Counted from the stretch's first letter, positions 1 through 11,484 are shown. The stretch: 38,226 nucleotides of DNA from Jimgerdemannia flammicorona (GCA_003990765.1 RBNJ01000165.1:1-38226); one strand, 5' to 3'. Notes: generated from the letters alone by a model not told the origin. A program made the numbers and translations.

Positions 1-226
1 CCCCCATCCCTTTCTGAACAAGAATACCCACTTTCCCCCTCCAAACTGCTGCACCCCCCCATTCCTTAGTCCAATCCTGTAAATCCACATCTGCCTCATA
101 CCGAACATCCTGTAACAAGAAGAGGTCTGCATCCAGATCCCGAAGCCAACCAAAAATGTACTTCCTCCTAGCCGCCCCCCATAGCCCATTAATGTTTAAT
201 GAGAATATCCTAGTTGTACTATTCAT
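1..226 (-). CDS. LINE-A ORF2 N-terminus, APE-type endonuclease (partial)
   Basis: MNSTTRIFSLNINGLWGAARRKYIFGWLRDLDADLFLLQDVR..., ATG at 226, 31 nt after the ORF1 stop; matches the start of LINE-B ORF2. Confidence 0.85.
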   Translation of the reverse strand, partial: MNSTTRIFSLNINGLWGAARRKYIFGWLRDLDADLFLLQDVRYEADVDLQDWTKEWGGAAVWRGKVGILVQKGMG

Positions 227-257
227 ATTGAGTAGATATTGTAGAAGAGACCCCAAC

Positions 258-2174
258 CTATATTTCCATGCTCATCTCATCCCTCACCAAGTCCAAGAGC
301 TGCTCAGCTTCCAATTCACTCTCCACAATATCCCGAGCATCCAGTGCCCCCAAGATTTCCTGACACTCCACCCTGTCCACCTCCTCCATATCTGCCCTGT
401 AATCCAAGCAGACTGTGCGCCACTTCTCCAGTCCCTTCCTTGAGTTCCACAAGACAAGTGCCCTATTGCTCGCAATCCTTCTAAGCTCCTCCTCATGCTG
501 ATCATCAACCTGATACTCAACAGACTCCAGGAGGACAGCCAGGATCTCATTCCTCATCTTCCTCGGCACCTCTTCCCCACATAGAATCTCTTCCCAATGC
601 CTCTCCTCCATCACCCTGAAGTCCTCACCCCCCAGCTCCTCAGCCGCTACCCCTTCCAGAGTCTTCCACATCCACTTCTCCTCATCTACCACCTCTGCCG
701 CCCCCTGAGCAATTTGTCCCCGATCCACCTCAGGGTCCACCAGCGCGCTCCTCCTCACTGACTCATCCCACTCTTCATCCGGCACATCCATCAGCTCCTC
801 CTCGCCTCCTGCCCCATTCAGAACACTATACTGAGGGCATCCACCTTCACCCATTTCAGCATCCACCTCCAAGTTATCCTCCCTCCCCTCCCTGACTCCA
901 ATCTGAGCCCTGCCCTGGGCCATCTCACCCCTTTCAGCCCAGGCACTCTCCTGCAACCCTGCGGCCCCCTCCCCAGAGCTTCCACTAGTCCTACCCCCAC
1001 CCATCTTCGTCAACAACTCCTTCTGGATCCTCCTCCCCTGCATCTTCTCCCAGGCCCCCTTCTCCATCCGAACCCTCTTCCCATCCACCTCCCCCACCAC
1101 CGTCCTGGCCTCAAACTCCTTCCAGGCTACTCTCCTCCTCGCAACTGTCCCTTCCAGGTCCTCCAGAGCCTCCAACAGGTCCTCCTCCTCCTCCTAAGTC
1201 CCCTTCACCCTAGTGACCTTACACTCCACCGGTCCCCACCTCAGCGCTGCCGGCCAGTCCCTCGACTTCCCCATATTCTCCTTTCCAGCCAGTCTCACCC
1301 TAACATCAACGTCTCCAGTTCTAAGCTCTGTGCCCTCCCAGACCTTGAACCCAACATCCACAATCTCGCCATACTTCTTGATCGCCTCCACAACCAACTC
1401 CCTGGTCCTTTCCTTCGACACCATGGGAAGGTCCAACACCATCAACTGTACCACCTGGGGGTCCCAGTGCATACACCAGGCCATAGGGACCACAACCCCG
1501 CCAACCATCACCCCCTTCTCCATAGCTGCCAACAAGGCGTCTTCCTCCTCAAACCCCACCTCGACCCCTTCCTTTCCTCTCAAGAACTTCACCGATGCTG
1601 CTCCCTTAGCCTCCTGCACCACCAGCCCCAAAATCATCCTCGCCATCACTGCCAAGCCCCGGAAGCACATTGTGACTGCGAATTCGGACCTCGACTTCTT
1701 GAGTAATGGGGCCGACACCATGCCCATCACCCCATCCGCCAGGTCCCCGGGCCTCGTGCCCCCTCCAAGTCCTGAATTGCCAACTGCCGTCACATCTGGA
1801 TTTTTTGCCAGATCCCCAGTTACAGCCCCATCAAAAGTCACATCTCCAGCCCCTACTCCGGCCCCTTCCCTACCACCAGAAGTACCCTGGGGTGCACCTC
1901 CCTGACCCCCAGCAGTAGCCATCGATGCCTTCCCCAGGCCCAGCCAACTATCCAGCCCAGAAGCCATCTTCCCCATCCTGACCTTGTCAGCAAAGGTCGT
2001 CCTCTCCCCTCCTCTCTGCCGCAGACCTCCCCTTCCTCCGCCGCTGGGGCCACAGCCAGCCACTGAGGCCCCTGGCATCCCCAAACCATCTCCCCTCCTC
2101 CCCACCTACTACCAGCCAAAGGCGCCGTCACCCCCCTGGCCAGTATGCTCACCAGATCGATCGTTACCATCCAT
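258..2174 (-). pseudogene. LINE-A ORF1 (Gly-rich N-terminus, RRM-like core, acidic C-terminus), ~638 codons with in-frame stops
   Basis: ATG at 2174; track ORFs 1194..2105 and 258..1175 share its frame, broken by TAG TAG (2111-2106) and TAG (1196-1194). RRM assignment is inference from position and pattern. Confidence 0.8.
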
Positions 2175-2285
2175 ATTGTTAGTCGTCGGACACCAAAAAC
2201 ATTGTAAAAAGTGTTGTCTGAGTCTTGTATCACCCGAATGATACTGGTGAAAGGTTGCGTGTATACTGTTGTACTCAATTTCATG

Positions 2286-4405
2286 TGAGTCAACCCCAAG
2301 GCCCAGATCCCTCAAGCACAGTCAGAAGGAGCCATTGGTTTGGACCTTCAAGCAGTACAACAAGTCACTATTCTGGCACATGAGAGAAGGCTCATTCCAA
2401 CTGGCCTTTCAGTCGAAATTCCCAAGGAACATTATGTGAGAATTGTACCAAGATCTGGCCTCAGCTTCAAGCACTCATTAGATGTTGGTGCTGAGGTCAT
2501 TGACTCTGACTTCCAAGGTGAAATGCAAGTTCTGCTAGTCAACCACAAGAACCAACCATATACCATCAATGAAGGTGACAGAATTTCACAGCTCATTCTA
2601 AAGTGAGCCACCCTACCAGTCATCTAAGAAGTCACCAACCTGTCTTCCTCTAAGTGAGATCAGAAAGGCTTTGGCAGTACTGACAAAGTTGCAAGTATAG
2701 CTAAGAACTGAGCCAATTCAATGCTCATCTTCAAAGGTCTAGTCAAGGGACAAGAGCTAGATGTTCTCATAGACAGTAGAGCTGTTGGGAACTTCATCAA
2801 CAAGAACCTCATCAACAAGCTCAAGATTCTCACCAAACCAGCTGGCAAGAATAGTAGAGTTGTCACTACAGATGGCACCACCTTACCAATTGACTCAATT
2901 GCCACTAAACTTCCCCTCAAGATCCAGAAGTACTGGGAATGTTTAGATTTCGAGGTAGTACTACTAGGAGACCATGACCTAATCCTCGGCAAACCCTGGC
3001 TTACACGGCACAACCCTCAGATTGATTGGACCAAGAATGAAGTCACCTTGATCCAGGATGGAGCCAATATTACCATCAAGCCAGACAAGACTCAGATGAG
3101 AACCCCAATCACTACCCTTTCAGCAATTCAGTACAAGAAGGCTCTCAAGAAAGCTACCTGTGCCTTTGTGGCACTGATCTGACCAAAGAAAGAAGACAAG
3201 AAGCTATCAATTAGTGAAAGTATCAAGTTACTGCTGAACAAGTACAAGGATGTCTTCCCAGACAAACTACCTGGTCTACCACCTTCAAGAGACCATGACC
3301 ACGAAATCAAGTTGGTACCTGATGCAGCTATACCTAAGAAGAAAATATACTGTATATCTCCACTCGAAATTGAAGCAGTCAAGAAGGATCTCAATGAACT
3401 CATTGAGTGAGGAGCCATTCAACCAAGCATGTCACCCTTCAGCTCCCCAGTCCTATTTGTCAAGAAAAAGGATGATACTCTGCGAATGTGTATAGACTAC
3501 CAAGCACTCAACAAGATCACAGTCAAGAACCATTATCCGCTACTGCTCATAGATCAAATCTTTGATGCTCTCAAGAATACCAAGTACTTCACCAAGATTG
3601 ATCTTACCTCTGGATATCACCAAATTCAAATCAAGCCAGAAGACATACTCAAGACTGCCTTCATGATACCCTTTGGACTCTATGAATTTCTAGACATGGC
3701 CTTTGGTCTCACCAATGTGCCAGCAATCTTTCAAGACCTCATGTAAACTGTCTTCAAGGATCAGCTCTATATCTTTGTACTTGTATACATTGACAACATC
3801 CTGATCTTCAGTAGTACTGAAGAAGAACACCTCAAGCACATCGAACAAGTCCGCAAGATCCTCCATGAGAACAAGCTCTATGCAAAGCTCAAGAAATGTG
3901 AATTTTTCAAGAATCAAGTAGACCCAAGGAAAGTACAAGCTATTGAACTGTGGCCTGTACCAGCAAACCTCACTGAACTCAGGTCTTTCCTTGGTCTGGC
4001 TGGATACTACTGTCGATTTGTCAAGAACTTCTCTGGTATTGCAGAATCTTTGACAAATCTCCTGTGAAAGGAACCCTACTCTGACCTCTATGTCCCCTAC
4101 ATCTGGGTTGCCTTCTGTCAACAAGCCTTTCAAGAACTCAAGAACTGCCTGACCCATGCACCTGTCCTTAGAAACATGGACCCAAACTTGAAGTTCATGG
4201 TTACTACAGATGCATCTAACTATCATTGGTGCAGTCATTTCTCAAGATAATGGTCAAGGACACCAACCTATTGCCTTTGAGTCAAGAAAATTGTCCCCAG
4301 CAGAACAAAAGCTGACTACTCATGAAAAGGAACTCCTGGCAATCATACATGCCCTCAAGACCTGGCAACACTATCTAGAAGGAGTTGAGTTTAACATGAT
4401 CACCA
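2286..4405 (+). mobile_element. Ty3/gypsy pol fragment (family G): dUTPase-protease-RT-RNase H, pseudogenised, truncated at both ends by LINE 5' ends
   Basis: dUTPase (PRSGLS, VIDSDFQGE, GDRISQL, KGFGST); protease (VLIDSRA, DLILGKPWL); RT ([18 protein letters not shown] from YIDD); RNase H (IAFESRKL, HEKELLAI); many TGA/TAA stops at expected CGA/CAA codons. Confidence 0.92.
2289..2684 (+). pseudogene. Trimeric-type dUTPase domain of gypsy family G, upstream of protease
   Basis: All five dUTPase motifs readable in one frame through stops, continuing in frame into the protease ORF at 2721. Confidence 0.88.
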
Positions 4406-4478
4406 TCTCTCTCCACTACAATTCACGTTACACACACTTTACAACACACTTTCAAATCGTTTATTGGAGAAAGATATT

Positions 4479-6517
4479 ATGGAGATGTCAACCAGCAAGT
4501 GAGCCGATGTACGTCCTAGGTCGGGTGGACCTGGGGCCTTCGACTGGCAGTATGTCGGGAGAGGGTATGGACTGGGGATGGGGTCTTTCAGTGGATCGAG
4601 TGGACTGGGCAGCTCAGGGGGTGGAGGAGGCACTGGTGGGGGGACTGGAGGGCAGCAGGGAGAGAGCTTTGCAGATGCACTTAAGGCTGGGGGTTGGCCG
4701 AGGGGTGCCCACAGTGGACAGGCAGGAGGAAAGGGGAAGCAGAAGGTTGGCGATGCTGGGGGAGCTGGGCCTTCGCTGGTGGGAGGTGGAGGGAGTGGAG
4801 TAGTGGCTGGGGGTAGTGGCGGGACTGCTGATGGTAGTGTGACGGTGAATCAGGAAAAAAAAAGAGATGTGATGGCTGATGGCCAGGGGGGGCAGGGGCT
4901 CCCGATGTGGAAGGGGGACCTGGCTGATGGTGTAATGGGACTGGCGGTGGCCCCATTGCTCAAGAAGTCAATCTCAGAGTTCGTGGCTACCTTGTGCTTT
5001 TGGGGCTTGGCAGTGACAGCGAGGATGGTCCTGGGGCTTATCTTGAGGAAGGTGGCTGGTGCGGCCTCAGTGAAGTTCTTGAAGGACATGGAGGGGGTTG
5101 AGGTGGGCTTTGAGGAGGCAGGCCTACTGGACAAGGCCATGAAGACAGGAGTGGTAGTGGGGAGGTGGTGGTCCCCATGGTAAGGTGCTTGAGGTGGGAC
5201 CCCAGGGTGGTGCAGCTTCTAGTGAGGGGGGTGCCCACAGTGACTAAGGAGGAGACTAGGAGGAGGGTAGAGGAGGTGATGTAGAGTATGGAGATGTGGT
5301 GGACATTGGATTTCCATTGTGGGATGAAATAACTATCAGGATGGGCAATGTCAATGTCAGGATTCGGTTGGCAGGGAAGGAGGCCACAGGGAAGATAAGT
5401 GACTGGCCCTTGGTGCTGATGTGGGGGGCCATCATCTGCAAGGTGTTGAGGGTGAAGGGGAGTGAAGAGGAGGAGGAGGACTTGTTGGAGGCACTGGAGG
5501 AGTTGGGTGGTGCTGTGGAGAGGAGGGCGAAGACCTGGAAACTGTAGGAGGAATCGATGCATCTGGAGTTTGTGGGCGGGAGGCATATCCATATGGATAA
5601 GAAGCAGGGGGAGTGGGTCCAGGGACACAAGAGGCAGAAGGAGCTGTTGGTGAGTATGACAGGTGGGGGGAAGAAGAAGTTGGGTAAAGCTGAGGAGTCT
5701 GGAGGCGCTGAGGCCAGTGTCTGGGCTGGTAAAGGAGGAGAGGAGGTAGAAGCGAAGGAGGCAGGGGCTGGGAAGGGGCTGGACAAGGACCCATTTACTG
5801 ATGGTACCTTTGAAGTGTGGGAGCCGGAGCTGGATGCCACTCCCCCCCCCACTTATCAGGAGGGGCCCAGTGGGGAAGAGAGGAAGGACGGAGGATATAT
5901 GGATGCAGGGGGCCCAGCAGGTGCGCTTTGGGGTCCCTGATGTGGCCCAAGGGGGTCAGGTGGTGGCAGTTGGTGAGGATGAGCTGGTGGATGTCCCTGA
6001 GGAGGAGTGGGATGAGGCTGCTAGTGTAGGAGCTGACACCATGATGTTGGATGCAGGGTGACTGGGGACTCTGGGAGGGAAGGAGGTGGGGAACTTGTTG
6101 TGGGTACGCAAGGTGATGGATAACCTCACAGCAGAAGCATTGGGGGAGGTAGACCTGCAGGCGATGCCTGAGGAGCATTGGGCAAGGATCCTGCATGGGG
6201 ATGGAATGGTGGAGGCACTGAAGGTAGAGATTCTGGCGATTTTGCTGGAGGAGGAGGAATATGAGGTTGATGAGGTGAGGAAGGCAGAGCTGGGGGTGGT
6301 CACCACTGAGTGAGCAGACTACTGTTGGGCAGAGCATCAGGGTCTGCAGCTCTGGCAGGAGGCCTGTCTGGAGTATCGTGAGGATTTTGAGGAGTGTGAG
6401 GATGGGGCAATGGTAGAACTTCTGGGAGAGTTGGAGGCACAGGAAGCTGGGGAGAGGGAACTGGCTGCTGAACTTAACTTGGACTTGGTGTAGGAGAGGC
6501 AGGATGCTGACTTATAG
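4479..6517 (+). pseudogene. LINE-B ORF1
   Basis: ATG at 4479 in frame with 4578..5183; collinear with LINE-A ORF1 through stops and frameshifts to TAG 6515-6517. Confidence 0.8.
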
Positions 6518-6549
6518 AGGATGGGCTCTGGTATATATCATTATTCTTT

Positions 6550-9500
6550 ATAAACAGTACAACCAACATTTTTTCCTTGAATGTGAATGGGCTAAGGGGA
6601 TCTGGGCGGTGTAGGAACATTTTTACTTGGCTCAAGGGATTGGAGGCTGATCTCTTTTTATTGCAGGATGTTCGATGTGAGGATGAGGACGATCGGGCAG
6701 AGTGGACTAGAGAGTGGGGGGGGGCTGCTGCTTGGTTTGGAAAGGTAGCAATTCTGGTAAGGAAGAGCAGAGGAGACTTGGGGGGAATCAGGAGCTGGGG
6801 CAATCACTTGGTCTGGGGAGATTGGCATCGGCCAGGGTGGGAATCGGTGAAGGTGGGCTCTTGCTACTGCCCTGCAGCTAGGAGTGAAATGATTGCATGG
6901 ATTAGGGGATTGCTGGAGGAGGGTATTCTCTTGGAGGAAGGGGTCGATGTTCTCGGTGGGGACTTTAATATGGTTCAGGATCAGCATCTGGACAGAACTG
7001 ATGGAGAGAGGAGTGCCGGGGGTAGAAGTGGAGGTCTGGATGCATGGGAGGAGGTGGAGACGTTGAGCTCCTTGGGGGATATGGGCAGAACGAGGTGGGG
7101 TGACACCAGGGTTTACATGCCTTGGGTGAATGGCCTGGGCACAAGGATTGACTGGATTCTGATGGCAGAATGCTGGGGTTTGGATGTTTGGAAGGCATTG
7201 GAAGTAGAGTGGTGCCCATGGTCTGATCACTGGGGACTGTTGGGGCAGGGGCAGTTTGGGGGGAGTGGAGATGGACCTGGACATTGGTGCCTTAACTCCT
7301 CCCTGCTGGCTGAGAAGGGGCTGTGGGAACTGTGAGTGGAGAACATTCAGGTGAAAGTTGGTATCTGGAAGCATGAGGGTTTGCCTGTGGCTGGCCGATG
7401 GATGAGATTGAAAGAGGCTGCGAGGTTTTATTGGGGAGAGGCTGGTAGGGAGGCTGGGAGGCAGAGACGGAGGTGCATGAGGTGTGCTTCCAGCAGGCTG
7501 AGGAGACTACACATAGATTGGGCAGACTTGCTCACTGTTGTAGGGGTGGAGGATTGGAGGATAGAAAGGGCGAAATTGGAGGTAGTGGAACTGCAATAGG
7601 TGCTGCGGGAAGAGGAGGAGATACATATGCGGGGCATGGCTGCTAGGCTGCAATGGCAGGGGCTTGAGGAGGGTGAGCGGTCATCTAGGTACTTGTCGAG
7701 ACTTCTCAAAGCTAGGAGGGTGCGTCATCAGTGAGATGGGGTCCTAGATGCTGATGGGGATATGGTTTATGGTACGCAACAAATCCTGGGGATCTTGAAG
7801 GAGAGATGGCAGGGTTTGTGGAGTGAGGGAGAAGGGGGTGCGGATGAGGCAGAGATTGCAGGTACACTAGAGGAGTGGGAACCACCGCAGGTTGATGGAC
7901 TGAGGGACTTGATCTTACTGGTCCAGGGAGAGGAGATCCAGGGTGTCCTGGCAGCAACTAAGCTTGGGACAGTGCCAGGAGAGGATGGATTACCTTGGGA
8001 CTTCTGGAAGAAGATGGTGAATGTCCCTGGCATGTTGGGCAAGATGGCTGAGCTTTGTGACCATGTCCTTCAGAGTGGTATGTGGGTTGGAGAACAGGAT
8101 CTTGAGCTGATGGCTCTTCTGTACAAAGACAAGGGAAGAAGGGAAGACTGGAAGAACTGGAGGCCAATCATGCTTCTGAATATGGACCGGAAGATGGTGA
8201 CTAAGGTGATTGTCACAAGGCTGCAGAAGGTTGCCCAACAGATGCTAGGGGAAGAGCAGAGGGGCTTTGTTGGGGGTAGACTATAAGAGATGGGACTGCA
8301 TGGGTTCATGGTGTCATTGAAGGGGCCCAGGCCTGTGGACTGGATGGGAGGTTGGTCTTTCTGGACCAGGAGAAGGCCTATGACTATGTACAGAGGGTGT
8401 GGCTGGGAAAGCTGCTGGACTGCATTGGTGTTCCCCCAACATTTAGGGCCTCTATGTTGAGTCTGCTGGAGAGTAGTCGGGCAGTGCTGACATGTAATGG
8501 TCACCGTGGGAGGGCATTTCCCTTGGGAAGAGGAGTCCCTCAGGGGGACCCTCTTTCCCCGATTCTCTATGCCCTTTCACTGGAGCCATTGATGGATAGG
8601 ATTTGCCAGAAGATAGCAGAGCTCTCTATATATGGTATAGTGTGGAAGGTGGGGGCCTTTGCTGATGATATGGTGGTTGGACTTGGGTCTGTGGAGGATG
8701 TAGAGACACTTCAGGAGACTGTGGAATGGTATGAGGCTCATTCAGGGGCAAAACTCAACTGGCATAAGTGTGAGACAATGGTGCTAGGGAATGGGTTAGT
8801 GGGTGGGGACATCATAGGAACAATTGTCCCTACTGGTGAGGTGGTGCGGTATCTGGGCATCTTCCTCTCTGTATATGGTTCTGTCTTGCCACGAGTGTGG
8901 TGGGAGGGCAAGGTGAACAGTTGGGGGGTGGCCCTTCAAGGATGGGGAGGCCGCCATATCTCTCTAGCAGGGTGGGTGTCGATCCTGAATGTGTATTGGT
9001 TCCCAAAGCTGTGGTATGTGGCATACCACCTAGACTTCCCAGCGTGGGTGGTGAAGAGGCTAATGAAGGTGGCTAGGGATTGGATTTGGGCAGAGAGGAG
9101 GTCCCAGGTCAGTTGGGATACTCTTGCAAGACCGATAGTCAGGGGAGGTCTTGGCCTGGTGGATTTCCCTAAGAGGCTGCACTGCTTGAGAGCCTGGTGG
9201 TTGAAGAGAGCTGTGGAATTGCAGGGCAGAGGTTGGGTGCCTCTGCTGCAGAAGGTATAGGAGATGCGAACATCTCCTCGAGGGTCCTCCAGGGATCTGC
9301 TCTCTTTGGTGGAGCTGAATGGAGTTCGGAGGCTGCGGTTCAAGGGGTTTTGGTGGGGAGTGGCTGAGGGAGCTCACCGAATTGGACTGCGCTGGCAAGG
9401 TAACGAGGGGGAGGTGGCGTGGGGGCCTAATATGTGGCATTGGGATAGTCTGCTCCTGGGGGGTACTCCCCTGACTGCGTTCGATATTGGGGAGGGAGTG

Positions 9501-10052
9501 GAGTGTCAGCAGGGGCTTGGCTGGGACCTTTGGCTGAGTGGCTGACAGGTGGTTGGAATCGGAGAGGAGTGGAACTGGGCAGGCATCTGGTCTTGGAGTG
9601 CTGAGGTACAGAGGTGGCTCCCTCCCAAGTACTGGGTGGTATGGTGGAGAATGTTGTGGAGGAATGTCATGCTGAATTTCCACTCAGAGCATTTAGTAGA
9701 GGATGGACAATTTGAGTGTGAGGAGTGCTTTGATGTTGGGCAAGCTGGGGGTTATGTACAGATGCCGAAACATTGGCTGAGAGAGTGTGAGGTGTTGGGG
9801 GAATTTTGGGCTGAGATAGGGGATAGACTGGGTACTGGGCATCAGCTGGTGTGGGAGGGGGGTTGCTGGAAGAACTTCAAATCTCGGCTTGTGGGTGGGG
9901 TGGGAGATAGTTGGCTCACTGTAGGATGGGTGTTAGCAGTATGGGTGGGACTGGCAGGACATTGGCTTTTCGTATTTGAGGAAGGGTAGCAGTTGGGGCT
10001 ACATGAGAAGGTATTGAGGTGGTGGGTGGGTTGGGGACCTCAGGGGGGATGA
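6550..10052 (+). pseudogene. LINE-B ORF2: APE endonuclease, reverse transcriptase, C-terminal Zn finger
   Basis: NVNG, GDFN, RIDW, SDH (APE); PGEDG, WRPIMLLN, LDQEKAYD, GVPQGDPLSP, FADD, YLGI (RT); CEEC..HWLREC. Start is ATA at 6550 where copy A has ATG; 3' end approximate. Confidence 0.93.
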
Positions 10053-10212
10053 TGTCGAGGTTTGGTGATGAAGATCTGTGAGCAGAGTAGTGGGAGGGTG
10101 GGGATAGTGTTCAACAAAGTGGTCTTTCACAGAGAAGAGGTAGGGGGGAACCCCCCTAGGGGGATTGGATAGGGGGTGGGATCATTGTAATTATATGGGA
10201 TAGATAAGTATT

Positions 10213-10245
10213 AATAAAGGAAGGGAGTCCAAGTGACTAAAAAAG

Positions 10246-10278
<33 letters not shown>
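10213..10278 (+). terminator. Polyadenylation signal and genomic poly(A) tail of LINE-B
   Basis: AATAAA at 10213-10218; A-tract 10239-10278 with one G. Confidence 0.85.
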
Positions 10279-10281
<3 letters not shown>

Positions 10282-10290
10282 GTTCTTTTA

Positions 10291-11484
10291 TTACTGGCCA
10301 TGATATTTCTTAAGTCAGTTTCGATGAATGGTGGTGGGGATTATTGTGCCTGAGGGTTTTCATAGCCAAAAGGTAGTTCCTTTTATATCTTGCACAAGGT
10401 AAGGTCCTTCCCACTTAGGCTCCAGTTTTCATGACCATGAAGCTTTAACCATATTCTGATACACTAGGACTTTGTCTCCTATCTTGATAATCTCTAAGAG
10501 TTTGTGGGTCTTTTCCACATTCTTCCATTGTAGTGTCTGCACCTTCGTTATGTAATCCTCAGCCTTCTTCCTGATTTAGTATAGTCTCTGTATTTCCATG
10601 TCCACATGTTTCCATATGGCATCTCCATTGGATGACAAGGTTCCCTGAAAACATTCTTCTCCGAATAGCATTTCTCAAGGGGTAAAGTGGGTACTTTGTG
10701 ATCGGATATCCCGAAGAGCAGATAATGCTATTGGTAGATAGTAATCCCAGTTCTTGTAGTTATCGCAGATCTTGGCAATAATGTTCTTGAGGGTTTTGTT
10801 GGTCCTTTCTACTTGTCCATTTCCTTGAGAGTGATATGCTGTGGTCCGAATATACTGGATCTTGTACTTCTTGTAGAGAACTTCGAAGAACTGGTTCACA
10901 AATTTGGTTCCTCTATCTGTAGTTACTTATGTTGGGGTCTTGAACTGGCAGATGATTTCCTTGTGGAAGAAATCAGCGATTGACTGTGCATTGGCTTCCA
11001 TAAGGGGTCCCACTTCTATCCATTTTGTAAAGAGGTCTATGATGATGATGATGTATCAGTTACCAGTCAAGGTCAAGGGTAGGGGGCTGATTATATCCAT
11101 TGCAATGTGGGTGAATGGTACTGGTTCTATGTGTGCTGATCCTGGGGCTTGATTTCGTTGGTCTTGATTCTGTTTCTGGCATTTGTCGCAGGTCTTGATG
11201 AATTGTCTGATATCTTCCTCCATCCCTGGCCACCATATTGTTCTTCTTGCCTTATCGTATGTGTTTGTTCCTCCTAGATGGCCAAGTTTGTATACTGATT
11301 TCATTGCTTGCTCCTTTTTGTATTCTGGTATAACTAGTAGTTTTCCTTTCTTCAGTGTTTCTCTATCAGTTTCGAATTTTTTCCATGTTCTGTTGATAAT
11401 CATTTGTGTCTATTCTTCCAGATGTTGGGGCATCTTTCGCTGTCCCAGGTATTTGATAATTCCATAGTAGAGCTCCTTATTCAT
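10291..11484 (-). pseudogene. D1 ORF2: stand-alone integrase (~397 codons, with stops)
   Basis: Own ATG at 11484 overlapping the ORF1 stop; GHLG..CDKC, IAMD, TDRG, QVERTN, KWEGPY; single frame to TAA 10293-10291. Confidence 0.85.

Larger units (their letters stand above)
1..2285 (-). mobile_element. L1/Tx1-like non-LTR retrotransposon copy A (5' UTR, ORF1, start of ORF2; runs off the left edge)
   Basis: ORF1 homologous to copy B (LADGVMG..APLLKKS.SEF..T.CF.GLAV.ARM.LGL); APE endonuclease N-terminus at 226-1; 5' UTR similar to copies B and C. 5' boundary approximate. Confidence 0.9.
4406..10278 (+). mobile_element. Full-length (~5.9 kb) L1/Tx1-like non-LTR retrotransposon copy B, pseudogenised
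   Basis: 5' UTR, ORF1, ORF2 (APE-RT-CCHC), 3' UTR with AATAAA and ~40-nt poly(A); no TSD found. Confidence 0.95.

Noticed and set aside
1213..1905. 230-aa S/T/P-rich plus-strand ORF and similar antisense ORFs over LINE-B
   Set aside because: Shadow frames opposite G-rich LINE ORFs; low-complexity translation, no domain
2340..2606. Host dUTPase gene (DUT1)
   Set aside because: Intronless, in frame with retroviral-type protease and decayed like the surrounding TE
4210..4803. 197-aa ORF as a novel fusion protein
   Set aside because: Gypsy RNase H reading by chance into LINE-B 5' UTR and a non-ORF1 frame
6577..9260. Retron, DGR or group II intron RT system
   Set aside because: RT is fused to APE and CCHC with ORF1 and a poly(A) tail, i.e. 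a LINE; no TR/VR pair or msr-msd structure seen
258..10052. Alternative genetic code or stop read-through explaining in-frame stops
   Set aside because: All three stop codons occur, mostly at C>T/G>A-derivable codons and at different positions between copies
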